Below, piece by piece: positions 11,290 to 20,430 of a stretch of 64,000 nucleotides of DNA. The stretch is from Bacilli bacterium. Its GTDB lineage: Bacteria; Bacillota_I; Bacilli_A; RFN20; CAG-826. The translations under genes were made by a program, and so were the position numbers. Each line of letters starts with the position of its first letter. Positions within the stretch are counted from its first letter, which is position 1. Location: positions 16,012-80,011 of the forward strand of contig JAGBLL010000059.1 in the NCBI GenBank assembly GCA_017635465.1. The letters run 5' to 3'. The notes beneath the pieces are model-generated. The model searched no databases and had not been told where the DNA came from. It saw only the letters and a list, made by a program, of their open reading frames with translations.

Positions 11290-11664
11290 CTATTTCTTTT
11301 TAATTTTGCCTTTGTTAGCACCTTTAGAGTTGTGCGCTAAAATTGCACGACCAGTGTTGGATGCTTTTTCTTTAGCATAGGCTTCACCTTCAGCTTTTGT
11401 AGCAAATGTTTTGATAACTTTGTCACTACCTGTGATGAAGAGTTGCCATTTGCCATCTTCTCTCTTAGAAAGATGATAAGAAGCATTAGCGCTTGGAGCA
11501 GCTTTCTTTGGTTCTTCTTTCTTTGGAGCAGCTTTTGGTGCTGGTTTCTTTGCTGGTTCTGGCTTTTTAGCAGGAGCTGGCTTTTTAGCTGGTGCTGGTT
11601 TAGCAGCTTTCTTTGGTTCAGCTTTCTTTGGTGCTGGTTTAGCAGCAGGTTTTTTGACTGGCAT
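11290..11664 (-). CDS. DUF2188-domain protein with N-terminal Ala/Lys/Pro-rich histone-H1-like tail
   Basis: 124 aa. Residues 1-55 are PAAKPAPKKAEPKKAAKPAPAKKPAPAKKPEPAKKPAPKAAPKK. The C-terminal YHLSKREDGKWQLFITGSDKVIKTFATKAEGEAYAKEKA..ILAHNSKG matches the DUF2188 pattern. AAGGGGA is the SD. Confidence 0.75.
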   Translation of the reverse strand: MPVKKPAAKPAPKKAEPKKAAKPAPAKKPAPAKKPEPAKKPAPKAAPKKEEPKKAAPSANASYHLSKREDGKWQLFITGSDKVIKTFATKAEGEAYAKEKASNTGRAILAHNSKGANKGKIKKK

Positions 11665-11691
11665 GATAAATTTCCCCTTTTATTTATATTA

Positions 11692-11721
11692 ATTATAGAA
11701 ATAATTATTCTTTTTTGTCAA
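11692..11721 (-). promoter_or_regulatory. Near-consensus sigma-70 promoter of the DUF2188-HAD operon
   Basis: Minus strand reads TTGACA (11716-11721) - 18 nt - TATAAT (11692-11697). Confidence 0.6.
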
Positions 11722-11728
11722 AAAAGTA

Positions 11729-12688
11729 TCAATCACATGGGAAAACGACACCGATTTGCTTTCTGATCTCATCCATGATTTCCATGACATCTAGAGATGA
11801 TTCTAAAGAGACTAGTTCATTTGGTTTTTCACCTTTAAAGATTTCCGCAACCACTCTAAATTGACGAGCAAATTTCTTTTTCTTATCTTTAAATACTTCT
11901 TTGCCCTCTCTTGTTTTTAAGACGGCTTTACTTGTCATATGGAATAAAGGAACTTTAATTTTTCCTTTTTCACCAACGATATAGCAATGCTCGCCCACAA
12001 GGGCGTTGATTTGGCTACTAACATTAGCCTTGAAATCACCATAATCAAATATCGAATCGTTATAAAGATCGATGCCGTTATATAGTTTTCCAGTTGATTG
12101 AATTGATTTTGGCTTACCAAATAATTCATAAACATATCTCACTGGATAAACACCTAAATCAAGAAGTGCACCACCATATCTAGATGGATTGATGTATCTG
12201 CCTTTAGCTTTGTTATAGCCAAATATTGGCATATTGAATATGCAATCAACAAATTGTATTTTGCCTATTCTATCTTCTTGAATCCACTGCTTTACTTTAT
12301 GAGCAACGGGGTTATACCAAGTCCACATTGCTTCTTTAAGCATTGTGTTATTTTCTTTACTTAATTGGATTAATTGTTCTAATTCTCTAGCGTTACCAGT
12401 AATTGGCTTTTCGCATAAGACTGGTTTATGGTTTTCTAAACATAATTTACAAAATGAAAAGTGCGTTTCATTTGTGGTCGCAATATAAACCCCATCAACG
12501 CGAGGATCAATTATTGCGTCTAACGCACTTTCATAAACTGTAGAATTGTATTTTTTAGCGAATTTTTCCGCTTTCTTTTTGGTGCGATTGAAAACCGAGA
12601 CAATCTGATGGCCAGGATTGGTAACTAATTCTTTAGCAACTTTCTTGGCGATAGCGCCAGTTCCGATAAAGCACCAATTGAATGACAT
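11729..12688 (-). CDS. Gfo/Idh/MocA-family NAD(P)-dependent oxidoreductase
   Basis: ORF track 11729..12718. Start moved to ATG 12686-12688 (MSFNWCFIGTGAIAKKV, Rossmann GxGxxA), 1 nt after the kinase stop. EKP motif present (LCEKPI). Confidence 0.85.
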   Translation of the reverse strand: MSFNWCFIGTGAIAKKVAKELVTNPGHQIVSVFNRTKKKAEKFAKKYNSTVYESALDAIIDPRVDGVYIATTNETHFSFCKLCLENHKPVLCEKPITGNARELEQLIQLSKENNTMLKEAMWTWYNPVAHKVKQWIQEDRIGKIQFVDCIFNMPIFGYNKAKGRYINPSRYGGALLDLGVYPVRYVYELFGKPKSIQSTGKLYNGIDLYNDSIFDYGDFKANVSSQINALVGEHCYIVGEKGKIKVPLFHMTSKAVLKTREGKEVFKDKKKKFARQFRVVAEIFKGEKPNELVSLESSLDVMEIMDEIRKQIGVVFPCD

Positions 12689-12689
12689 A

Positions 12690-14267
12690 TTAGTTATGTT
12701 GTCCTTTAACGCATTCAACTGCTTTTGCTTCCACTGGAACAGCGGCTTTATATCTTTCTAAGAACTTATTGAAGCCATTAACTTCTTCTTTAGAAGCAAC
12801 AGCGACTTCTTCTTTAGCGTTGGCGAAGATCTTGTTTTGTAAATAATCTTCTAATGTTTCGCTTTTTTCTTTTTCGAGCATATAAGCGGCTAATAAGGCT
12901 TCACCATATGGGCCACCTTCACCCGCACTACTTAATGTCGCAACAGGAGCATTTAATGCCGCGCTTAATGCTTTAGCGCCAACGACAGGTGTTTTAAAGA
13001 AACCACCATGACCGTAGATCTTATTAACTTCAACACCTTGTTTAACTAAGATATCAACACCGATTCTTAAGATAGCAAGAACGGCTAAGATATGTGATTT
13101 CATGAAGTTCGCTAATGACATTTTAGCGTCTGGTTCACGAACGAATAATGGTCTACCTTCTTGAACGCCAACTGCGGCTTCACCAGAGAAGTAGTTAAAT
13201 GAGACAAGACCACCAGCATCTGGTTCGCCTTCTAATGATTTATTGAATAATCTCACGAATAATTCACCACGTTGGATAGAACCACCCGCTAAAACGATAG
13301 CTTGATGTAATAATTCAACCCAAGCATTAATATCGGTTGTGCAGTTATTGGCGTGAACTAGAACTGCTGGATAGCCACTTGGAGAAGCGATGACATCGAT
13401 TTCTTTATTCATAGCGATATCTTTATCGGTAACTAATGTGATGTTACCAGATGTACCTAATGAGGAGTTGCCATAGCCCACTCTAACTGAGTTAGTGGCA
13501 ATCATACCTGTGCCCATATCACCTTCTGGTGGGCAGAATGGGATACCTGGTTGTAAAACACCTGATGGGTCAATCAATAAGGCACCTTCTTTTGTTAAGT
13601 AACCAGCATTTTGTCCCGCAAGCATACATTTTGGTAAGATGTCTAAGATTCTCCATGGGACTTTATCTTTCACTAAGTCATTGAACTTAGCGACCATTGT
13701 AGCGTCATAGTCTTTTGTGTTCTTATCTAATGGGAACATACCAGAAGCATCGTTAGCACCGATAACTTTTTGGCCAGTTAATAAATAATGCATATAACCC
13801 GCTAAGGTGGTAGCAAAGACGATATCTTTAACTTCTTTTTCCCCATTTAATAAAGCTTGATAAATATGGGAGACACTCCAACGTTGTGGAACGTTGAAAT
13901 TAAATAAGGCAGACAATTGATCTTGCGCATCTGGGCAAATAGTGTTTTTCCAGGTGCGGAATTCTGCTAATTGGTTGCCATTCTTGTCAAAGACAAGATA
14001 ACCATGCATCATACCAGAAATACCAATCGCACCAACTTTAGATAATGGGCGACGATATTTTGTTTCGAATTTTTGTTTTAAACCAGCATAGCAATCCGCT
14101 AAACCGATTTTGGCTTGTTCTAACGTATAAATCCAAATACCGTTTTTTAATGTTGATTCCCAAGAATAATCGTTAGAAGCGATAATCTCGTGGTTTTCAT
14201 CAAGCATGACAGCTTTAATATTGGTAGAGCCAAATTCAATACCAATTACACACTTTTCTAAAATCAT
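12690..14267 (-). CDS. FGGY-family carbohydrate kinase
   Basis: 525 aa. N-terminal IGIEFGSTNIKAV (ATPase phosphate-1), GISGMMHG and C-terminal GHGGFFK. GGAGGG is the SD. Substrate cannot be assigned from sequence alone. Confidence 0.8.
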   Translation of the reverse strand: MILEKCVIGIEFGSTNIKAVMLDENHEIIASNDYSWESTLKNGIWIYTLEQAKIGLADCYAGLKQKFETKYRRPLSKVGAIGISGMMHGYLVFDKNGNQLAEFRTWKNTICPDAQDQLSALFNFNVPQRWSVSHIYQALLNGEKEVKDIVFATTLAGYMHYLLTGQKVIGANDASGMFPLDKNTKDYDATMVAKFNDLVKDKVPWRILDILPKCMLAGQNAGYLTKEGALLIDPSGVLQPGIPFCPPEGDMGTGMIATNSVRVGYGNSSLGTSGNITLVTDKDIAMNKEIDVIASPSGYPAVLVHANNCTTDINAWVELLHQAIVLAGGSIQRGELFVRLFNKSLEGEPDAGGLVSFNYFSGEAAVGVQEGRPLFVREPDAKMSLANFMKSHILAVLAILRIGVDILVKQGVEVNKIYGHGGFFKTPVVGAKALSAALNAPVATLSSAGEGGPYGEALLAAYMLEKEKSETLEDYLQNKIFANAKEEVAVASKEEVNGFNKFLERYKAAVPVEAKAVECVKGQHN

Positions 14268-14374
14268 ATTGTCCCTCCATGATAAATATGAAAATAATTC
14301 ACCTTCTTTATATAAGAAAAATGATATTTAGAACATGACAATATACAAATAAATGTCCGCTATTGTTGCGGTTT

Positions 14375-17300
14375 TTACATACTTAAAATAGATTTGAGGT
14401 CTTTGATGGATAAAGATTTGATGGAAGAATCATTATCGGAAATGACTTTATCAACGAGCTCTTTTTTCTCGTTTTGAAGATTAACAACTTTTTCTTCGAT
14501 ACTGTTTTCAGCGATAAGTTTAATTACTTCCACTGTTCTTGTTTGACCAATACGGTGCGCTCTATCACTAGCTTGACTTTCCGCAGAATAGTTCCACCAT
14601 GGATCAAGATGAATAACCACATCAGCGCCAACTAAATTGAGTCCCGTACCGCCTGCTTTTAAGGAAATCAGAACGATTTTATATTCTTCATCAGTATTGA
14701 AATCATTACAAATTTTTAATCTATCTTTCGCAGATGTATCACCAGCAATCATGAAATATTTGATGCCCATCTTTTCAATTCCATCTTTGACAATATTTAA
14801 AGCGGAGACAAATTGAGAGAAGATTAAAAATCTATGTCCTTCTTCTAATTTATCTTTGATAATGCCTTTTAAAGCGGTTATCTTACCGGATTCACCCACA
14901 AAGTTATCAACAAATGTTGATGGATCAACGCATATTTGCCTTAATCTAGTGATAATTGATAAGACTTCCATAATCTTAGAACCACCATCTTTTGATTTGA
15001 GTTCTTCTTTAGCTTTAAGACGGAAAGCATCATAAAGCTTTCTTTGTTCTTGACTCATTTCAGTGGTAATAATGACTTCATATTTTTCTGGTAAGTCTTT
15101 CAAGACGTCTTCTTTTCTTCTTCTCAAGATGAATGGAGCAACTTTATCTCTAACGATTTCATAATAGTCTTCATTATGTTCATATGAATCTTTGAAATCT
15201 TCATAATCTAAAAGATAATGTGGCATTAAGAAATCAAATATTGACCAAAGGTCATAAATATTGTTTTCAATCGGAGTGCCGGTTAAGGCAATTGTATGTA
15301 AGGCGTTGATTTGCTTAACCGCACCTGTCTTTTTAGCGTGCATATTCTTAATGAATTGTGCTTCATCAAGGATACACATATCAAAAGTAATATCAGAAAG
15401 GTTTTCATATTCATTTCTTAAGGAATCATAAGAGATGAAGAAGACACCAAATTTATCGTTTTTAATCTTCTTAATGATCTTCTTTCTTTCTTCCACTGTA
15501 CCAATAATAGCGGACACGGGTATATCTTTAGCGAACTTATTGAATTCACTAACCCAGTTGAACACTAATGATTTAGGGGAGACAATAAGAATTGGTTTTT
15601 CTTGCTTAATTGTGTTAATAAAAGCAATTGTTTCAATAGTTTTACCTAAACCCATATCATCAGCGAGGATACCTCCTAATGAATATTTGTATAAAACAGA
15701 TAACCATTTCACACCATCGATTTGATATGGTCTAAGATCACCATTAATCTTAGCGATTTCAAGATTGTTTTGTGAGAAGTTCTTTAATTCATTAAAGACA
15801 TCATCTAAATAGCTGTCCATTGATAAGAAACTATTATCTTTACCATAGGCTTTGAAAGCATAATAAAGCGGTAATTCTTTTTTATTGTTTAAAGAGTTTT
15901 CATTAATTAAATCTAAGTCTTTAGCTAAACTATAAAATTCTTGAGTGTCTTCACTCATTAAGTTGATGAAATTATCACCAATCTTTACGAATTTCTTTTT
16001 GCGTTTTAAACCAATTAGAATTGTTTTAAGCTCTTCTTCGCTATAAATAGAAGAATCCACGAGCACTTCTAACATTGAACCTTCTTTTTTAATAGAGATA
16101 TTTGGAGAAGTGAAAGAACTTGTCTTTCTTGAATCTAATTCTTTAGAGAAATAGACTTCAGCGACCGCTTGAAGATTTTCTAATGTGCTACTTAAGAAAT
16201 CCCAGACTTGACTACCATCAGTTAAAACATGATCAAAGAAACCATAACTCATTAGTATTTCTTGATAATGTTTGATTTGTGAAACTTCATAGAAATTAGT
16301 AATGTCTCTAACTTCGACTTCTTGCTCATTTTTAAAATATCTAGTCTTTTCATAGACATTATCTTTTTCATAATCAAAGTAGGCTTTAATAATGAGATTA
16401 GTGCCTTGTAGTTCTTTACTAATTGATTCTGCAATATTAAAGAACTGTGGATATTTTTCAAAAAATGAATATTTAAAATTATCGAAATTGTTTTGAATTG
16501 TGGACAATGGGTATGATTTAACTGAATCAATAAGGCTATTGATGTGATGGTTATTAGTTAATGGTTTGATCTCATTCGCGGATTTGCAGTAATAATAATT
16601 TCTCGTTAAAGGAATATAGCCTTTTTCCACACCATCGACCGATAAAGAATAGTTATCATTAACATTAATCACCACTGGCATCGCTTCTTTAGAAACGTAA
16701 TAGACTTCGTTATTAATATATAAATAATTGTCTTTAAGGATATCTAATAATTCATCAAAGAACGTTAATGATTTTTCATTTCTTAAATCGATAAAGAAAT
16801 TAGGATTGTATTTTTCTAAAAGCACGATGATTTTTTGACTTACTTCATCAAAAGAAGAAATTGAATGAGTAATTGTTAAATCTTTACCATATCTAAATTC
16901 TTCTTCGCTAATGAATCTCGCTAGGAAGCGGTCAATGGAGGCAATCTTATATTCTTTGCCTTTAGCGATTGTTAAATTAACACTATAGGAATATCTAGTA
17001 TCTTCTAAATAAACTTTTAATCTTGCTTTAGTAGAAGCGTTAGCGATTTCTTCTTTTCTAATTTCTTTAAAGACTTCACCAAGTTCTAAATCAAAAGCGC
17101 TTTGTTGTTCTCTTCTATCAACATCAGAAATCTCAAAAGCAAATTTCGTGGATAGTTGTTTTAATTGTTCATATTCTTCTTTTAATAAATTAGTCACTAA
17201 AATGGAGAAATGACGACATGGTTCTTTTTCACGGCATATTTGACATGAATAATGTAATCTACCTTTGAAATCTAATGAGAATTCAATAATTGGAATACGA

Positions 17301-17452
17301 TTTATTTTAGTAAATAGGTTGACAAAGAAAATAGGATGATTATTTTCATCATAATCAACACCATATTTATAATCATAGTAATAGAAAAGATCCATATCAC
17401 TTAGTGATAGTTTCTCAATCTTATAATGTTCTAATAATTCTAAAACGTTCAT
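14375..17452 (-). CDS. SNF2-family helicase/ATPase with N-terminal SWIM-type zinc finger
   Basis: 1025 aa. CQICREKEPCRH near the N-terminus. Helicase motifs LADDMGLGKT (I), ILDEAQFIKN (II, DEAQ), LTGTPIEN (III) and C-terminal QASDRAHRIGQ (VI). Confidence 0.9.
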   Translation of the reverse strand: MNVLELLEHYKIEKLSLSDMDLFYYYDYKYGVDYDENNHPIFFVNLFTKINRIPIIEFSLDFKGRLHYSCQICREKEPCRHFSILVTNLLKEEYEQLKQLSTKFAFEISDVDRREQQSAFDLELGEVFKEIRKEEIANASTKARLKVYLEDTRYSYSVNLTIAKGKEYKIASIDRFLARFISEEEFRYGKDLTITHSISSFDEVSQKIIVLLEKYNPNFFIDLRNEKSLTFFDELLDILKDNYLYINNEVYYVSKEAMPVVINVNDNYSLSVDGVEKGYIPLTRNYYYCKSANEIKPLTNNHHINSLIDSVKSYPLSTIQNNFDNFKYSFFEKYPQFFNIAESISKELQGTNLIIKAYFDYEKDNVYEKTRYFKNEQEVEVRDITNFYEVSQIKHYQEILMSYGFFDHVLTDGSQVWDFLSSTLENLQAVAEVYFSKELDSRKTSSFTSPNISIKKEGSMLEVLVDSSIYSEEELKTILIGLKRKKKFVKIGDNFINLMSEDTQEFYSLAKDLDLINENSLNNKKELPLYYAFKAYGKDNSFLSMDSYLDDVFNELKNFSQNNLEIAKINGDLRPYQIDGVKWLSVLYKYSLGGILADDMGLGKTIETIAFINTIKQEKPILIVSPKSLVFNWVSEFNKFAKDIPVSAIIGTVEERKKIIKKIKNDKFGVFFISYDSLRNEYENLSDITFDMCILDEAQFIKNMHAKKTGAVKQINALHTIALTGTPIENNIYDLWSIFDFLMPHYLLDYEDFKDSYEHNEDYYEIVRDKVAPFILRRRKEDVLKDLPEKYEVIITTEMSQEQRKLYDAFRLKAKEELKSKDGGSKIMEVLSIITRLRQICVDPSTFVDNFVGESGKITALKGIIKDKLEEGHRFLIFSQFVSALNIVKDGIEKMGIKYFMIAGDTSAKDRLKICNDFNTDEEYKIVLISLKAGGTGLNLVGADVVIHLDPWWNYSAESQASDRAHRIGQTRTVEVIKLIAENSIEEKVVNLQNEKKELVDKVISDNDSSIKSLSIKDLKSILSM

Positions 17453-17453
17453 A

Positions 17454-18821
17454 TTACACTCTTGATTTCTTTGGTCTTCTAATATTGGCTTCCACTACTT
17501 CGTTAACAAATGTGCCATGTGGAATTTTCTTACTTAATTCAATCGCTAAGCGAATTGTTCTTTCGTCGATATAATCGTGCTGCAAAGCCACACCAATTAA
17601 TAATTCTGAAATTAAAGGATAATCTTCTTCTTTAATAGATTCATAATTCGCGTGAACGATTTGGATATATCTACTCTTATCATTGCTATAAGGCGCAACT
17701 TTTAAGAAATATTCTAATGGGATTTGTTTAATCTTTGCTTCATCAAATGGAAGTTCATCAAATAGCAATAAATAAATGCTTAATCTATTCTTCGCTGGTG
17801 AAGCGAATAAATCTTGCATGTAGTAACGGTGATTCATTTGGAATAAATAGCAATCTTTTAACTCCGCGATTTCCTCAATAGTTAAGTCTTGATATTTGAT
17901 ATATTCCATCATTACTTGGCTTGCTAATCTTTCTTCTGAATAGTTATCTTCCGCGTGTTTTAATAATTCAATTAAAGATTTAGAATTAGGGGCTAATAAA
18001 ATGTCATATAAATTAGCTTTTCTAGTGACCCCTCTTCTTTTTTCTAATTCTTCAGAAAGATTGTTAAAAATATTGTCCGCTTCAATAAGCATTGCTTTTG
18101 TTTCTTCAGAGGCGGTTTCCACTATTTTTTGGAAGTTTTCAACGTTGTGTTGATTAAAAAATAATGGCGATAGTATATCATTAACTACTCTAGATCTATA
18201 TTGGCCTCTTTGATAATAAGGTAATAATTCTTCAATAAATTTTTGGCATTTTTCAAAGCTCTTTATTTGATAAGATAGTTTACTAACTAATGGGAGATTA
18301 TCTCCTCCTCTTAGATAAAGATATCTTTCAAAAGTATCTTTGAATGTCTTTTCTTCAGCGTTCACTAATGGTGTCATTCTGTCGCTTTTCGGATTGATTA
18401 ATTTCTTAATTGTTAAAAAGACAGCATAAAGATGTTTACAAGCGCCTTCGACAGGACATGTGCAAGATAAAGTAATCATTGAATTGGAATCAATTGAAAT
18501 CTTAAAAGAATATTCTTTAGTGCCCACGATTGAGCCATTACATTCATTCTCACTTAGATGCATGTCTTTAATCGCACCATTTAGATAATCCATCGCTTTA
18601 TTTTTTGTATTTGCATCAAAGATGCCTTCATATAAACCTAAACTAACGAATTTAGAAAGTGAGATATTATCCGCAACAGATAACATTGGGTGAGACAAGA
18701 TGACATTTTTTGTGGCTTTTGTTTCAGCGAAAAAGACACGACCGATGTCGTTTGGTTCTCTTTTAATTAAGATTCCATACCCGAGCGAAACATGCTTGAG
18801 TATTAAATAACGAACTGCCAT
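17454..18821 (-). CDS. SWIM zinc-finger protein, function unknown
   Basis: 455 aa. CTCPVEGACKH is a canonical CxCxnCxH SWIM finger; the rest is helical and unassignable. Stop lies 1 nt before the SNF2 start, so the pair is an operon. Confidence 0.7.
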   Translation of the reverse strand: MAVRYLILKHVSLGYGILIKREPNDIGRVFFAETKATKNVILSHPMLSVADNISLSKFVSLGLYEGIFDANTKNKAMDYLNGAIKDMHLSENECNGSIVGTKEYSFKISIDSNSMITLSCTCPVEGACKHLYAVFLTIKKLINPKSDRMTPLVNAEEKTFKDTFERYLYLRGGDNLPLVSKLSYQIKSFEKCQKFIEELLPYYQRGQYRSRVVNDILSPLFFNQHNVENFQKIVETASEETKAMLIEADNIFNNLSEELEKRRGVTRKANLYDILLAPNSKSLIELLKHAEDNYSEERLASQVMMEYIKYQDLTIEEIAELKDCYLFQMNHRYYMQDLFASPAKNRLSIYLLLFDELPFDEAKIKQIPLEYFLKVAPYSNDKSRYIQIVHANYESIKEEDYPLISELLIGVALQHDYIDERTIRLAIELSKKIPHGTFVNEVVEANIRRPKKSRV

Positions 18822-18832
18822 ACCTAACCCTT

Positions 18833-18841
18833 ATTATAGCA
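18833..18841 (-). promoter_or_regulatory. Extended -10 promoter of the SWIM-SNF2 operon
   Basis: Minus strand reads TGcTATAAT, with the ATG 11 nt downstream. No good -35. Confidence 0.4.
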
Positions 18842-18906
18842 AAACATCAAAAAACAAAATATATTTTTATCTATTTGTTTCAAAAAGGAGTACAATAGTC
18901 GAGGCT

Positions 18907-19434
18907 ATGGATAAAGCGAAACAAATTAAACGTATGACTAGAAACGCAATTATGCTAGCGTTACTATGCATAATCGGGATGTTTTCTATACCTTTAGGAA
19001 CAAATATTAAAGTTTCATTACAACTTTTAATGGTCTTTATTATTGGTTTAACTTCTGTTTCGTTTATCGATACATTTATTATTACCGCTTTATATTTAGT
19101 AATAGGATTATTCATACCTGTGTACGCGGGATTTAACGCTGGTGTTTCTCCAACATTTGGCTTTGTTATTTCCTTTGTGGTTTTATCTTTCCCGTTATAT
19201 TTCTTAAATAAATTACCAATTAAGAATCAATTCATTAGAATGGGTATTGCTTGTTTAGTATCTTTACTAATTTGCTATATCGTCGGTTCTATTTTCTTAA
19301 TGCTTTATTTGAAGTTAAGCATAGAAAAAGCACTACTTATTTCAGTAGTGCCTTATATTCCATTTGATATTGCAAAGATCATTATTGCAACATTAGTGGT
19401 TTCTGTTCTTCCCAGAGAAAAACTTAAGATTTAA
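18907..19434 (+). CDS. bioY: BioY-family biotin transporter S-component
   Basis: 175 aa, 5-6 TM. SIPLGTNIKVSLQLLMVFIIGL and PVYAGFNAGVSPTFGFVISF resemble conserved BioY blocks. SD spacing is poor, so the exact start is uncertain. Confidence 0.65.
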   Translation: MDKAKQIKRMTRNAIMLALLCIIGMFSIPLGTNIKVSLQLLMVFIIGLTSVSFIDTFIITALYLVIGLFIPVYAGFNAGVSPTFGFVISFVVLSFPLYFLNKLPIKNQFIRMGIACLVSLLICYIVGSIFLMLYLKLSIEKALLISVVPYIPFDIAKIIIATLVVSVLPREKLKI

Positions 19435-20430
19435 TTATTTCTTTTTTCTTAAAAGTAAGCCTCTAATTACCGCAACAACAGAAACAATAATTGGTGTAAA
19501 CGCAACGATTAATGTCGCGATATTTACACTTGCAGCAAACGCTACTGGTAAAACACCAAAGCCCGCATTACTTGGTCCATCTAAACCTGTTGTTAAACCA
19601 ACAAGATATAACACGATAGCGATTATGGCGACCACTAAACCAGCAATAGCTAATGGAAGTAAGAATGCTTTCTTATTTTCTTCTTTGAGTTCGTTATAGT
19701 AGAATTCCCAAACGCCGATGAAGAGCATGTTAACAAAGAAGATTAGCATTAATCCGATGCAGTATAAGAGATAGCCATGGACAAAGTCCACGATGAATAA
19801 GCCTAAGAAGAAACTAGCGGTTGAGAATAATGCGATTAACATCCAGAATGACATAAATGTGCAATATAAGCCTCTAAATTTGCTCACTACTGCGCCTCTT
19901 GAAGGAACAACATAAGGAATCTTTTCTTGTAACTTCTTGAGATACACTAAAGCGAAAACACCAATAGCCACATAAATTAAGGAATAAATAATAGAATCTA
20001 ATGGATATAAAGGTGAAGGTGCACCTTCCACGATAGAGTGGAATTTACCCATAATTAACATCACGATAATAGCGATGAAGTTAACCGTGGCAAACGCTAA
20101 TAAAGCAATGGCGTTTTTCTTAATGGATTTAATTCTTTTTTCATCACTCACATTTCTAAATAAAGCATGGAATAATAACATGCCCCAGATAGACATAAAG
20201 CAAGAAAGAATTAATGGAAGAGATCTTGTGATATCTCTAATTGCAGCGTCAGGTGAACCACTAACGATGGAACCGACGAAATCTGCAAATGCGTATAATG
20301 CATTAAAGAATGTTAATGCTGAGAAAATGAATAAAACAACAAGAACGATAGAAACTAGAAGAGATTGTCTTCTTTGTGCTTTGCCAAAAGATGAAAGAAC
20401 AAAGCTATCTTTACTAAAAAACTTTTTCAT
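19435..20430 (-). CDS. Polytopic membrane protein, unknown function (about 8 TM)
   Basis: ORF track 19435..20445. Start moved to ATG 20428-20430 (MKKFFSKDSF..), which overlaps the upstream stop as TAATG. Confidence 0.6.
   Translation of the reverse strand: MKKFFSKDSFVLSSFGKAQRRQSLLVSIVLVVLFIFSALTFFNALYAFADFVGSIVSGSPDAAIRDITRSLPLILSCFMSIWGMLLFHALFRNVSDEKRIKSIKKNAIALLAFATVNFIAIIVMLIMGKFHSIVEGAPSPLYPLDSIIYSLIYVAIGVFALVYLKKLQEKIPYVVPSRGAVVSKFRGLYCTFMSFWMLIALFSTASFFLGLFIVDFVHGYLLYCIGLMLIFFVNMLFIGVWEFYYNELKEENKKAFLLPLAIAGLVVAIIAIVLYLVGLTTGLDGPSNAGFGVLPVAFAASVNIATLIVAFTPIIVSVVAVIRGLLLRKKK

Noticed and set aside
11710-11726. CTTTTTTG-T-CAAAAAAG palindrome as a terminator of the upstream oxidoreductase gene
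   Set aside because: The stem would be almost purely A-U and is not followed by a U-run on the relevant strand. It coincides with the -35 TTGACA, so it is kept only as a remark in the DUF2188 finding.
11443-11766. 107-aa ORF antisense to the DUF2188 gene
   Set aside because: It is a mirror image of the Ala/Lys/Pro repeat (W/F/L/S-rich nonsense) and runs through the promoter region. No translation signals.
14375-18821. SWIM + SNF2 pair as an anti-phage defence system (Zorya/DISARM-like)
   Set aside because: None of the partner genes of known SNF2-containing defence systems (ZorAB, DrmABC, methyltransferases, nucleases) are adjacent. The neighbours are housekeeping genes and there are no mobile-element hallmarks.
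18867-19115. 82-aa ORF antisense to bioY
   Set aside because: It lies entirely inside the better-supported BioY reading frame and has no independent signals.
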